Below, piece by piece: positions 13,346 to 27,410 of a DNA stretch of 64,000 bases. The notes below the pieces were generated by a model. That model saw nothing but the letters and a program-made list of their open reading frames with translations. It had not been told where the DNA came from and made no database searches. The DNA comes from Octopus vulgaris. Taxonomy: Eukaryota. Location: the NCBI GenBank assembly GCA_951406725.2, contig OX597814.1:178622001-178686000 (forward strand). The letters are read 5' to 3'. The position numbers and the translations under genes were made by a program. Position 1 is the first letter of the stretch. Each line of letters starts with the position of its first letter.

Positions 13346-14001
13346 CCTTCCCATCTCTCTCCCTCGATAATTAGGTTCAAATAAGAGTGGGAAGTGTCAC
13401 CCTAGATATCATATATAACTATTGCCAGTACCACTCGTAAATGATGTTCTATCAATTGCATAAACTATGATGAACATATATTTAGAATACCATCCGCGCA
13501 CACGCAACAAAAAGCAACCAAAGAGGAGTATTCCAGCTACATTTGTATAGTTCGATGCCATCACATTAACCATTCGATCATTTCACCATTCGTCGGACAA
13601 AAATTAACATGAACATATTTTTAAAATAAAACAAGGGAGTGAAAAACTTTAAACGACTAGTATTTGTCAGGCTGCTTGTCAATAAAAGTTGCTGCTTGTT
13701 TTCATCTGTTGAACAAAAAAGGGATTACAGATTTCTTGTTTTTATCTTCCAGATTATGAGATTTACTGGAAATCCACCAAACACATGTGGGCTTCATTCG
13801 AAATCGAATCAATCGCAGGATTTTTTAAAGAGCCGTATTCATTAACAATCTTATGCATTATCGACTGATTTTGAGATAAGTTGTGTACTGTACTGGGCGG
13901 ATAAGTAACACTTTTGAAAATTCAGATTCGGACTGGCGTATCTGCCATGAGTACCCTATTAAAGCTATCCTCCTGAATGACATATCCAATGTCATTCAAT
14001 G

Positions 14002-14035
<34 letters not shown>

Positions 14036-14037
<2 letters not shown>

Positions 14038-14105
14038 GGCGGTGCCCCAGCATGGCCACAGCTCATGAGCTGAAACTGGAAAAATCAAAATCAAAAATCA
14101 AAATC
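14036..14105 (+). mobile_element. SINE family A 3' tail fragment
   Basis: GGCGGTGCCCCAGCATGGCCACAG..CTGAAAC followed by short (AAAATC)n. Confidence 0.65.
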
Positions 14106-14163
14106 ATATCATTCAATTATCATTCAGAACTTCCATTTTTTATCACCCCTTGTCGCAGCATCC

Positions 14164-14164
<1 letters not shown>

Positions 14165-14243
<79 letters not shown>
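14165..14243. repeat. (ACT)n microsatellite
   Basis: Direct. Confidence 0.95.
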
Positions 14244-14244
<1 letters not shown>

Positions 14245-14289
14245 TCTTTTTCTCTCTCTTTCATAATTTATTTCTGTAAGGTAGCTGAA

Positions 14290-15110
14290 CATTGCTATAA
14301 TCTTCCAACGCATGGTAGATTCAGAAGAGGTATGAGCACGATGGTTATGCTGTTGTGTCTCCGTCAGATCTTGGGAAAATATGAAGAACAGAATGAGGCA
14401 TTGTATGGAGTCTTGGAAGGCACCTCGCAGGCTTCACTACAGTATATCTGCTCTTTAATACTTAGGAAAATTCATTCATATGATCGAGAGCCTTCGCATG
14501 ATCGGGAGATTTACGTTAGGCATTTGCAATTTAGCACTGCACCAGTTGAACTACTTTAGAACCTCTAGCAGGGCAACCTGTTAACGCCAATGCTGTCCTC
14601 ATTCAATCTCTTAACGATATCTTAGGAAGCATTTTGTATCTCAGTTGATGGCGTACTCGTATGAGATTTAATGTCGTCCAGCTTAGGGTGTCACTTCTCT
14701 ATGCTAAACTAACACAATTCATATTTTAGAATTGTTTACTGACGATTATACTTTTATATATCGTGGTAGAATGTCATGCAAAGCTTGGTGGATAATTTTG
14801 AGGGTGTACCCACAAATCTCGTATGGAATAATACTGAAGACACAAGTAGACTGAACTTCTTTACTAGCGAAGCCAGGACGTGAACTAATTTGACACAAAC
14901 TGAGCTCATCAACGTCAGAAGTCAGAAACTGGGGACGGCAAACCACCTTCTAAAACTGTGTAATAAAATCAGTGTTAATGGTAGGCCTCTGACGAAATTG
15001 ATTACAAGATGAGCAAAGCCAAGAATGTTGAAAGAGCGACTGTAGAATAACCGGCACGTTGCTGTCTAAGAGAAATTCAAATTATAACGAACTGCAGGAA
15101 TACTTGGTTA
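14290..15110 (+). pseudogene. Decayed RTE-clade LINE RT fragment
   Basis: RFRRGMSTMVMLLCLRQILGKYEEQNEALY resembles RTE GFR..RST.DM.F.LRQLQEK..EQN..LY. A later LKERL*NNRHV remnant is present. Confidence 0.6.
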
Positions 15111-15634
15111 TTTGAACAAATTATTAAGAAGTTGAGATGCTAATATATTATTAGGGGAAACAACTACATTATATTGATTCCTTGTTTTATATTTTATGAT
15201 CTCTGCTATGACGAATGAATGTTAAAGTCAAAAGAGTTGAATTCGATCACAAGTCAAATTTTAGCAATATTTTGCGGAATATCTCCTCTAACATTCTAGC
15301 ATCTACACAAGATCTTTCATGAAGAATGTAATCAATCATTTAGGAATGTTTACAAAATGAGATATGGGAGTTTTTTTATGATGCCTTTAGGAAGTAAGGG
15401 TCAAGCATTATTCAAAAGATATGTTAACTAGTCCAATAGCATTGCTATTAAATAAAAACAAAATATTCGAGAAATGTTGAATTGTATTGTACAATCAATT
15501 GATAGAATCTAAAATTGTCAGTAAGCAATAGAGGGAAAAAAACGTTAGTTATCACGATGATAGTAATATACATTCATAAAAATTTATACACTTCCATTTC
15601 ACTTTTTTCCTGCACACACGCGCTTATATATACT

Positions 15635-15673
<39 letters not shown>

Positions 15674-15676
<3 letters not shown>

Positions 15677-16056
15677 TAATAAGAGAGAGACCACATGTGG
15701 TCACTCTAACGCTAGAAATAAATCCGCAAAGGGAATCCACCACTAAAGAATTGTTCTCAAGCATTAATTCAACACGCCAAGAATGTAATCAGGCAGGACA
15801 AATGAAAAATAACGAAAAAATAGATTAACTCTATACAATTGTTTCATCGTTAATAGATTGAATAATTTTACTTACTTAATCCTTTTCGAATCCTCAGTAG
15901 AGTATATCAAAAATATAATTTGCTGAACCGAACGCCAAAATCCACACGAAGCCGAGCAAATAATTTTACTGTATCCCAGTTTTTTTTTCGCTAGGCCACT
16001 TGGTGTTTTAAATTGAAATTATTAATTAATATTAAATTTTTTTCACCCTTATCGTG

Positions 16057-16058
<2 letters not shown>
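15674..16058 (-). mobile_element. (TA)n-flanked PLE pseudo-LTR / retrozyme-like insert
   Basis: Unique 385-bp insert between two (TA)n runs, containing a hammerhead motif. Confidence 0.7.
15828..15903 (-). ncRNA. Type I hammerhead ribozyme motif
   Basis: Minus: ACTCTA-CTGAGGA-TTCG...CGAT-GAAA-CAATTG-TA-TAGAGT. 6-bp stem I, palindromic stem III, GUA triplet. Confidence 0.75.
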
Positions 16059-16097
<39 letters not shown>

Positions 16098-16154
16098 GTA
16101 TATATACACGTATATGTGTGTGTATGTGTGTGTATGTATGTACGTATATATATA

Positions 16155-16990
16155 CAGGAATTGGACAAAATAATGAGAAAATCCTTAAAATTTCAAATTT
16201 ATTTTAATATGAAGTAGGACCGTCTTTGGAAGGAATTACAGCTTGAATTCTACGAGGTATGGACTCAAAGTTTCAATGTTTCCAAAGGAAATTTTGTCCA
16301 TTCTTCAGTTAAAACAGTCTCCAGTTCTTGTAGTGATGATGGTTGAGGATATCGACTCCTTACTTGTTTTTCTAAATAGCACCATAAATGTTTTAAAATA
16401 TTGAGCTCCGGGGTCTGCGGTGGCCAAGTAAGATGTTCAACTTCACTAGAATGTTCCTCGTGCCATTCAGTAACAACTTTAGCTGTGTGAATTGGTGCAT
16501 TAACATCCTGAACGATTGCATTTCCCTCTGGAAACAGTTCTGCAAACATAGGATGAATTTGATCAGATAAAATGTTTAAATAATCTTCACAATTAATTCT
16601 GCCATGAAGGGAAACCATTGGACCGGTGGATTTCCAAGATATAGCCCCCAGATCATCACAGATCCTCCTCCATGTTTAACAGTTGGACGAAGGCAGTCTG
16701 GGTCAAATACTTCGTTTTGCTGTCTCCACGTATACTCAGCCGGTGGTCGGAAATTAGGTAAAGGATGACACCGCCAAGAAAATAACATTCTTCCACTGCT
16801 CTAGGGACCAATTTTGTAGGTTTTTACTCCACTTTAAACGCATTGCAACGTTTGTTTTTGAAAGAAGTTGCTTACTGATTGCAGCCCTCCTGTGAAATCT
16901 GGCTTTGTGTAGCTCCTGCCGAACAGATTTGAGGAAACTGAGTAGTGGAGGCGATCATTAAGCTCTGCAGTGATTTTGGGAGCTGTTAGA
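16155..16990 (-). pseudogene. Tc1-family transposase remnant with 3' TIR
   Basis: TA-CAGGAATTGGACAAAATAATG TIR. PTVKHGGGSVMIWG, VQDVNAPIH and WPPQTPELNILKHLW (decayed DD34E motifs), with a frameshift. Confidence 0.9.
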
Positions 16991-17810
16991 TCCTTAGTTA
17001 ATATATTTCATATTTATCACCCCTCACTAGTCAGTTAAAGTGAGACAGTGTCAGGTGACAACTTGCTGGGGATGCCTGCTGGAGCCTAGCGGCAGGTATT
17101 TAGAGGGAAAAATTTGACAAGTCATTCAGTCTCCGGCTGACTCTCGCTGACGATACATCGAAGAGGTCAGGGAACAGAAGAAAGAAGAAGAAAGAAGACA
17201 TGCACCTAACACCAGAGCTGAAGACACCTCCGAAAGGGGGTCCCCGCCATGTCAAAACGGTAGAGGAGTAGGGGCTGAAACTGGACGTGGTTCCTCATGA
17301 TGATGTCTTGAGCTAACTGGATCCTATAAAGGAGATGTTGTGGTAGCAGACCACGAAACACGGTTGTAATTCTCCTAGGTCATGAATATCATTGAATTTG
17401 TAATTTGTGAATCGTACCATATGTTCCAAGTAATCTCGCAATTACTTTCCTGTATCTGCTGCATAGTCATTACGTAATTACACACCTCAACTATTAGCAA
17501 GCCAACCAATTGTACAGGGGACTAGAAGAAATAAATGTGTCTTATTTCCCCAGAAACAGGAAATAATGAGTTAAAACTTTATTAATTATGAAGTGTAATG
17601 CCTACTGTAGTCAGGGAAAAGCTGTCAGATTATTGATATATTCATTACAAAATCTTATTCATCATTTTGGCTTGTTTATAAATGATTTCTAATTAACTTT
17701 CCTAGCTAGAGCTATTTTTAATTTTGTACATTAATTTTATGTCAAATTCAGAACAAGAATTTCGAATTACTAAAATGAAATCATACTACGTTTCCAAATA
17801 TAATTATATG

Positions 17811-17814
<4 letters not shown>

Positions 17815-17902
<88 letters not shown>
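17815..17902. repeat. (TA)n microsatellite
   Basis: Direct. Confidence 0.95.
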
Positions 17903-17904
<2 letters not shown>

Positions 17905-17920
17905 ACACACATATAGAAAC

Positions 17921-17955
<35 letters not shown>

Positions 17956-18419
17956 AACGTAAATTGTTGACGTCTTAAGCATTTAGAAACTTCGAGACAG
18001 CAATTCTCTTTTTGGGAAGGCGGCTTAACTGGAAGCAAACAAAGCTATATATAATAGCATGTAAATATTGAGTTACAAATGTTCTTGGATAGAAAAATTT
18101 GTAGACTCTAACCCACATCTCTTGTATACATTACACCCATTCTATAATACTTCGAATTTCGCTATTCATTTTAGAATCTCCATTCTTATCACTAAGAATT
18201 GTATAATGTTGATGGCATAATAATTCAGAAAAATTATCTCGTATTTACATGCTATTATTTATAGCTTTATTTGCATCGAGTTAAACCTTTCAAAAGCAAT
18301 TATTTCCTACTCATACACACACACATACATACACACACACATACATACACACATAAAGACACACTTACACAAACACACAGAGATACACACACAAGCACAT
18401 GAACATATTGTATTTAGAA

Positions 18420-19590
18420 ATGGATAAGAGAAAATGGAGTGGATGACATTCTATATTTTATGTTACTACAATTGTTTCCTTACATCGTGACGCTTGCAGT
18501 ACATTGGTGAGATGAGATAGCTAACAAATACGTAATCGCTACTATCTATCAAAGGTGTAAAATGTGTTTCTTCAGATGATTGCTTTGAGTAAATCACTTG
18601 TCAGATCAAACAATAATATCCAAAGCAGTGTGCTATTTTCTACAATTTGCAGACAAAGCTAAGTCCATAGATAAAAATATCAGAAGTAAAAACAAATTAT
18701 ATAAACAAAAAAGTATACACAAAATAATCACATGTCCAGTTAATTATAAATTAAAATTCTATTTTCACTGTCAGGTTATTAGCGAAAAATAAAACAAAAT
18801 AAAGAATGGAATTAAGCGTTTAGAGATAATAATTAGGTAAAGTGGTAAGCACCAACACTTTCCGTGCTTCTTAACTCATTAAAATTGCTCTAAAGTACCC
18901 CGCTATCTGATATAACAAAACATTTGGCTCCTCCTTCACCAGAAGTTCATTTGAATCTCTTACTCTTTTACTCTTTTACTTGTTTCAGTCATTTGACTGC
19001 GGCCATGCTGGAGCACCGCCTTTAGTCGAGCAAATCAACCCCGGGACTTATTCTTTTGTAAGCCCAGTACTTATTCTATCGGTCTCTTTTGCCGAACCGC
19101 TAAGTTACGGGGACGTAAACACACCAGCATCGGTTGTCAAGCAATGCTAGGGGGACAAACACAGACACACAAACACACACATATACATATATATATACTT
19201 CTTTCAGTTTCCGTCTACCAAATCCACTCACAAGGCGTTGGTAGGCCCGAGGCTATAGTAGAAGACACTTGCCTAAGGTGCCACGCAGTGGGACTGAACC
19301 CGGAACCATGTGGTTGGTAAACAAACTACTTACCACACAGCCACTCCTGACTGTCTAGCTTTTATATACTTTAATAAGAAAAAAACATTTACTAAAATAA
19401 ATTAGTAGGCAAACTCTCCTCTTCGTAAATGTGCTATCACTATCATCGTTTGATGGATTGTAGTGATTACAAAATATGTTAATTATATCATCTCACCAAT
19501 GTACTACGGGTACGACAATGTGTAGAAACAAACGTAGTGATTTTAAATAAAGAAAGTCGTTCAATCCATTGCATCATATTCATCTCTTTG
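18420..19590. mobile_element. Old fold-back PLE-like element (inverted arms 18420-18550 / ~19455-19585) interrupted by a SINE
   Basis: The arms share ATCTCACCAATGTACT..GAAACAA..GTAGT in opposite orientation. Degenerate hammerhead at 18462-18580 (-): ATCAT-CTGAAGA...GAAA-CAATTG-TA-GTAAC. Confidence 0.5.
18957..19348 (-). mobile_element. SINE family A (OK-like)
   Basis: High similarity to 10680-11131. Confidence 0.9.
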
Positions 19591-19764
19591 AATAAACTGA
19601 ACGGATACATGGCATTCCAGATGTATATCTAGGGATTGAAGTACACTCGTTGTATGATGACATTCGGTAGTCAATACCTGTGGACGAGCTTTGTATAGCA
19701 TACTGAAACGATTCCCCGCCCACCATATTTTATTCTACTATGTATGTACGTACTTATTGATTTT

Positions 19765-20069
19765 CGTTGATGTTCCTTCTCGAGCCACGCCTGGCTGATA
19801 AGGGCCGGTCTCCCAATTTCCTTGCCATATAGGTTCCCCAACTAGACGGGACGCCAGTCCGTCGCAAGTGAGCTGCAAGATGCTGGAGGAAAGAGTGAGA
19901 GAAAGTTGTGGCAAAATAGTCAGCAGACGTTCGCCATTACCTTCTGCCGGAGTCGCGTGGAGCTTAGGTGATTTGCTCATAAACACATACATCGCCCGGT
20001 CTGAGATTCGAACTCGCGATCCCTCGTCCGCGTATCTGCTGCTCTAACCACTAGGCAATGTGCCTCCAC
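19765..20069 (-). mobile_element. tRNA(Arg)-like SINE family C with V-domain-like core
   Basis: Head GTGGAGGCACATTGCCTAGTGGTTAGAGCAG..GTTCGAATCTC, core GCGACGGACTGGCGTCCCGTC..GGAAA. Confidence 0.85.
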
Positions 20070-21876
20070 TATTATCGTTGATGTGAATGTACAGCATGCT
20101 TAGATACAACTATATATCTTTGATATTTCACTAGTAGCACTGAAATATTTGGAACACTGCATTAGCATGATGGGAAGGCTCCAACGAATATGCCTAGATT
20201 ATTACGTTAAGAAAAAAAAACATACTCTACCTTCATACATGATTAGAACATTTTGGCAAATGTAATGGTAGATAAATCTAAATGGATGGAATAATTTCGT
20301 ATGAATTGCTTTTTTATTACTCGTTCACTGTTCTGAGGCCGAACAATAAGAACAGCAACATGTTTTTTGTAATGAAATTAGCAACATTAACTTTAAATTT
20401 CTTGAAGTAAATCGAATTAAATTTGAATCACGAGAATAAATCTCGGAATTCTTTTATAGAGTAAGATTATGTCAAAGTTTTTTGTTGCTTTTTTTTTTAA
20501 CCATATATTCAGAAATGTGTAATTAGATAGTACTGGGTAATAATATAATAACAATCTAATCGGGATATCTATTATATGAAATTACATGTAATAATATTTC
20601 TTTATTTAGGCAGAAATCAAATTGTCGAAGGAAATAATATAACTGATTACATCAGCTGCAGTATATTAGTGGCACTTATTTTAGCCATTGAGAATGGATG
20701 AAAGGCAAATCAATTAGAACATAATATTAATTCTGTACCAAGAGGAGCGAAACTAAGCAGTGTATTGTGCTGTCTATGAGCGCCATTATCGAGACCACAC
20801 TCACGCACACATATTTTATTTAATAATGTCATTACTTGCTATTATACGTATTCCCAATATTGTATAATTAATTCAAATATCTGCCGTAAAAGTTCCTCTC
20901 CAGTGTATAATATGTATAAACATATCAGTGCATTGCGCCATCCTGTAAAAACCACAAAGGGAAAATATTCATTCTTGATTAAGTACTGACTGAAGATCCG
21001 CCCATCGGCACCAAATTATTTTAGCGTGACTACATAGCTATCCAGAAAACGGTAACTAGATATCTGCAATGCATGAAGGCACTAGATGATTATAGAATAT
21101 TATACATTGTTATAACTCAGGAAATATCACAATGCATATAATCTGACACGTTGTACTCCACCCCTCAGACCTATTAAAGATTTCATCATTATCGTGTCTG
21201 CCCAGGCTAACATAGTCATGACAATATGTGTACATTGCACTTAATTACATTTAAGTCATAAATTATTAAATCATGATTTCTTTAAGAAAATTTTAAATTT
21301 CTAAAATTAATTACATTTTAAAAAAATAATAGCGGCTCGCTGTTAAATAAATATTGCAAAAATAAATAAATAAATTACATACACAAAGTATGGAATTTTC
21401 CAGTTGATTCAGATAAACGTTGCCTTGTTCGCACTATATCCAAAATGGTTACTTGCATAGATTACCTTCCTGTGTTATTTTAAACAACCGCAATTATTAG
21501 AGAGTAGAGAGAAAACAGTAAAATATGAATGTCGACAAGATGTTGTTTTAACAAATAACGGCTTAAATAAAAAAAACACTGATCTGTAGATTTGGAAACC
21601 AAAAATCACATACACATAATGTATACATATTTATAATATGTATTTACATACAGAGAAAGTAAATATATATATCACAAAATACAGGCCCTTACGAGTGCAT
21701 CTACAACAAATGACATATCCACCACGATCTTAGAATAGCACACACGCAAATATTAAAAATGATACATCCAAAAGAGATATCTCAAGAATGAAATCACGAC
21801 TACCATCTACAACAAGTCACTTTCAGGTCACTTGACCATTTAACATCCTACTACTGCCATACCACACCCGTATACC

Positions 21877-21921
21877 TTTCTTCTTCTTCTTCTTCTTCTT
21901 CTTCTTCATCTTCTTCATCTT

Positions 21922-21983
<62 letters not shown>

Positions 21984-22005
21984 TGTTGTTGTTCTTCTTC
22001 TTCTT
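21877..22005. repeat. Compound (TTC)n/(CTA)n microsatellite
   Basis: Direct. Confidence 0.95.
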
Positions 22006-24801
22006 TGCGAAGAATTCACACCGACCTCGAACTCACAAGAGTAAAAAAGAGAGACAGAGACAAGCAGAAACAAGAAAAATGCCCCTTGTATTTTTTGAAT
22101 ACCATGCAAATATTCTTTAAAAAAACTTTTCATTTAATTTTTCCAAAATTTAATTGTTTACCATGCTTACAGTTGAAAAGTGTCAATGACCCGAAACCGG
22201 TACTGAAATGTCTTTTATGACAAAATTAATTTAGCATTTTCTATCTTGACTAATTTCCATTAAACATATCAATTCGTGTGTGCCGTTTCAACCTTCTGTA
22301 TATATATACACACACATACTCAAACAGAGAAAGAGCAAGGATGAAACAAGCAAAGGTATTCTACAATTGACCATGATGTCTTATAAAGGGTTTTAGAATT
22401 ACTATCTGTAATATGTACTTTTAAACGGTGAATGTGCCATTGGAGAATATTTTATTTGCTCTTAGGAAACGTCGTCATTGCTAATCGGCCTCCTAAAATT
22501 ATATACATTAATATACTTCGATAAGAGAAGAACTTGAGCATCAATTAACAATTAGAAGTTGATCATTGGTATTGAATGATCATAGTTTAATTGTAGTTGT
22601 TTCAGTTTGTTATTTTTTATGTGAACTTGCATTTATCTTGTTCCATGTAACAAACATCGTCAGAATGATTTCAAATTTATCAGAAGGCGAAAAAAGGAAC
22701 GCACACACATCAAGATCCATTGATCCAAAAGAGAACACAAAAGAAATTATATATATATATGTTTGTGTGTGTGAGTGTATGTGTGTGCATGTGTGTGTGT
22801 TTATGCATAATAAATATGCCAGTATATCTACACACATACATATGAATATGTGTGTGGGTTCTAACACGATTTGAATCACGTAACATAATTTTTGTTTTAT
22901 AGATTCCCTTGACATTATAGATACAGGTTTTCATCGCATTCTTATTAATCAATAGGGTCATTATGTGATTAACTGTTCAATCGACACGTTACTACCGTGT
23001 TTTGGTTTCTTATATACTGAAAGCTGTTAAATGATTATGATGATAAATTTCTTTTCCTCTTGTTGTGCAGCTCAGGTTAATAGTTTAAAATCACTCTTCG
23101 ACAAACTTATTCCAGTACGGTTTCAATGAAAGCAGACACCTTAACATAAATTCTCGTTATATATTATCCTATGAAGAATACACTCCAATTCTCGAGGCAA
23201 GTGACCTGAACTCTTCTCAGGAGAATTAATTAACACTTCCATATTTCTTTGTTTCCTAATGTTTCCTCACCATTCACAACTCTCCTGCAAGCAAGCAGCA
23301 TCTCAACGGTAACATTTCTCTCATTTACAACACAAATGCAGCCAGTATTTAATATGTTTAACCTAACTGAACTCAGATTACACTAGTGAAATTTACCGTT
23401 ATATCACGTTCATTAACCTGTTTGTCGGTGCATTTCATAATTCTTTTGTCTTTACGTACAATCCATTTTGAGGAATTTCCTACGCAAGAATAATATCATT
23501 TCTTCACAGACTTTAAGTAATTTATCAGCATATTAGATTTCTTTGAACAATCTTATAAAGAAAACATTTTCGTCTTCTATTAATTTAAAGTTGCTTTTAG
23601 GAAATCGAATCAATATAATTTATTATGATTTCAATGAAATATTCAAAAACATTTTCATAGTCAGATTGTTTTCGTTAACAAAATATAAACACATACAGTA
23701 AAATAAAAACTATAAAAAAAAAAGACGAGAAACTATAAAGAAAATAATATGCAACATTAATATAAAATAAATACTCTATAGAATAATAAAATGATATAAA
23801 GCAAAATATATTTTGAAAGAAAACAAAAACAAGCAAAAAATAAATAAAAAATATCTTTTTCTGATTCTATTTTATCCTTCCGTTAAAAGCTGGTATAGAA
23901 TTGATACCCACTACTAGATATTATTTTTGAAGATGTTAATTTTATTCCGCTTACAGACAGATAAAATGAAAATTATCGGTTTATCATAATCCGAACATAT
24001 CAGCCGTTTAAATGGCAGAAAATATATGAAAAGAAGAAAATAGCAGGACAAAAATAGAAAACAAACAACAGCTAACATATAATTTCCAGTTATAAATCTT
24101 TTCGCGAATAAATGATTTATTTAGTATTTGTATTTGAACAACGTTCACAGATCTGTGAGCTGTGGGCAATCACACATCAGCACATAGTTTAGTTCTTCGT
24201 ATCGAAACAACTGCTAATAGTATTGAAATTGTAATAGGCGTTGGATTTATTATATTGTTTTGAAAGGCTTTAGCGAATCTAGTGTTTATCTATCGCTAGA
24301 AGATAGAACGGAAATCGTTAAATTCATTGACATCTGATTCGAGCGTACTGAACTCTTCGAACAGAACACACTTCCCTCCAGCTCAGGCTTCACGTTACCA
24401 ACTATGCATCTGTGTATGTATGTATGTATGTATGTATGTATGTATGTATGTATGTATGTATGTATATATGTATGTATGTATGTATGTGTATATGTATGTA
24501 TGCCTGCATACATGAATGTATATTTGCTCAAGTATATATTATGTTCATTCGGGATTAAGCACATGTATGTGCATATGTGTATATTTATAAATAATGTTGC
24601 AAATATAGACACTTCTTTTCTATCGAGTGTCTAATAGTAATATATCGTCCCTTTTTTATCTCCGCCTATCTCTTCGTGTATAAAAATGCATTCTTACGCG
24701 TACTCCTATATAAATTGTATACATATACAGGAACATGCATATACAAATAAATGTAAATATTGACTTAAAAATCAGGTATATATATATATATATATATATA
24801 A

Positions 24802-25110
24802 TGGATTATAAAGTATACTTTTCTTGCTGAATTAAGTGTTCGTTCCTCTTTTTATATTCTGCAATTTTATTACTGGATCTTCTATATATATGAAGAATCT
24901 TCCCCCGTCTGGCTGTTTTTCTCTCTACACAACGAAAAATTGCATTATGGAACTGTCATTTTATCGAGATTTTTTATTTATTTATCATCTGACGACATAC
25001 GCCTGCACCAGTTTCTGTGTATCCCACAAGAGGAGTCGATGCTAGATGTATAGAAACAATTGTTGTAATTAATGATATATTCTCGTATATTCCATCTTCT
25101 GTCTTTCATT
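24802..25110 (+). mobile_element. (TA)n-flanked PLE-like insert with degenerate hammerhead at 24984-25069
   Basis: ATCAT-CTGACGA-CATACGCCTGCA...TGCTAGATGTATA-GAAA-CAATTG-TT-GTAAT. Confidence 0.55.
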
Positions 25111-25201
25111 TGTTATATATATATATATATTTGTTATATATAAATATATATATATATTTGTTATATATAACTAAATATATATATATATTTGTTATATATA
25201 A

Positions 25202-25247
<46 letters not shown>

Positions 25248-25783
25248 AGAGAGAGAGAGAGAGAGGCAGATATACAGACAGACAGAAATTACTTATGCAG
25301 TTATAAATGACAGAAATAATTTAATGTAATTTTATTTAAGAAAATTCAAAAATCACGATAAATTATTTCGTAACTTAAAACATGTAGATAACTTATCGGT
25401 TTATCATATTTAAGGATAAATGAATTACATACATGTCTACATTGAGTCAAAATCTTAAAATTCTTTCAAAACAAGCTATGTCTACATTGTGCTGTTGGTA
25501 TAAGACTAATATTGGTATAGCATCCATCCATCCATCCATCCATCCATCCATCCATCCATACATACATACATACATGCAAACATACATAATTTTTCTGTGC
25601 ATTTTTATTAGCTAGTAATGGCTGAATATTATACACATTAATGCATTAAAATGATCCAACAAAATCTGTGTTCCTGTACGTCATCAGGTGAGTGAGTTCG
25701 AGAGCATCGCTAGTTGACCTATAGTTTCCCATTGTTTAGTCCCATATTGTATTTGTAGTATTTCCTTGACAATGATGTTTATA

Positions 25784-25826
<43 letters not shown>

Positions 25827-25904
25827 TTATGTATGCATGTATGTATATACATATATATATCGCGCCTGTGCGTGTGTATATATAAATGTATGCATATATA
25901 TAAA

Positions 25905-26070
25905 GTTGTCTGCGGAGAGTAATTTTCTTTTTGCGCCTTATAACTTAAATTATAAGTGTGTTAAATTATAAGGCACAAAAAGAAAATGACTCTCCGTAGA
26001 CACAACAGAATATGCCTCAACACATGAACACACATAAGGAATCTTGCAAACCGAATCCAAAAACGAAATA
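25905..26070. repeat. Short fold-back inverted repeat in TA-rich flanks (PLE-type end)
   Basis: TGTCTGCGGAGAGTAATTTTCTTTTTGCGCCTTATAA / TTATAAGGCACAAAAAGAAAATGACTCTCCGTAGACA. Confidence 0.8.
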
Positions 26071-26850
26071 TATATATATATATAAATATATACGTAAATA
26101 TATTATGTACAGATATATGTGTCTGTATGTGTGTATGTTTATGTATATAAATGTTTTATAGGTTTGTATTATCCATATACGTGGTTAAATGCATTCTTTG
26201 AGGTACAGGGAGTGAGAGAGACAGATAGACAGAATGAAAGAGAAATAGCATCAAAGACTGAGCTCTCCAGAACATATGATTAATATTTTGATTACTCTAT
26301 ATATAGAAAGTTAGATATTCACATCCAGTACTTGACAGCCAGCACATGAGTACAGTGAAACTGTAGAATCGAAAGAAGCTAGTTATATTCTACGTCAGGA
26401 AATGCTAAGTACAAATAGTTCAAACAGTGGAGAACAGCGTGTTCTGCCGTGAGGAAGAAAAGAAGTCTGGCTGTTCTGATAGAACACATCGTTGGAGAGA
26501 GAAGAAACAGCAGTAGGTGTTGAAGAATCAATAAACTCAGATTAGCGTCTGCGCATTTGTGCGTGTGTATGTGTGTAAGAGAGGAAGAAAGCGGGAGATG
26601 GAAAGCAGAGAAGAAAAGGCGGAGAATGGAGATTTAATAAGTATGAATGGACAAGAAACGGACTGTGCAAATATTAAATTAAAGGAACATTAACAAATCT
26701 GAAAATCATTGAGAGGACGTAAAGAAGTAATAATAGAGGGAACACGTGGTAAAATATATATACATCTACAATTCGATATGTAGACACAAGTGAGTAAACA
26801 TCTATGTATATGTGCCTATAAATACACACCCCACACACACACACACACAT

Positions 26851-26884
<34 letters not shown>

Positions 26885-26885
<1 letters not shown>

Positions 26886-27103
26886 CTCTCTTTACTCTCT
26901 TTTACTTGTTTCAGTCATTTGACTGTAGCCGTGCTGGAGCACCGCCTTTAGTAGAGCAAATCGACCCCAAGACTTATTCTTTGTATGCCTAGTACATATT
27001 CTATCGGTCACTTTGCCGAACCGCTAAGTTACGGGGAGGTAAACACACCAGCATCGGTCGTCAAGTGATGTTGGGGTGGGGACAAGCACAGACACACACA
27101 TAT

Positions 27104-27140
<37 letters not shown>

Positions 27141-27312
27141 CATATATACGACAGGCTTCTTTCAGTTTCCTTCTACCAAATCCACTTACAAGATTTTGGT
27201 CGAGTCGAGGCTATAGTAGAAGACCCTTGCCCGAGGTGCCACGCAGTGGGACTGAACCTGGGACCGTGTAGTTCGTAAACAGGCTACTTACCACGCAGCC
27301 ACTCCTACACCT
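26885..27312 (-). mobile_element. SINE family A (OK-like)
   Basis: Similar to 10680-11131 and 18957-19348. Confidence 0.9.
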
Positions 27313-27410
27313 ATAGCTTATCTAAATACTTACATTTTCACTATATGTATATATATGTATACATTCAAAATGTGACCGCGTGTGTACCGTTGGATCTTTC
27401 CTTTTCCTAT

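Noticed and set aside
20985-21015. CTGAAGA followed by a small hairpin
   Set aside because: No GAAA/NUH or stem I, so a chance match to the hammerhead core.
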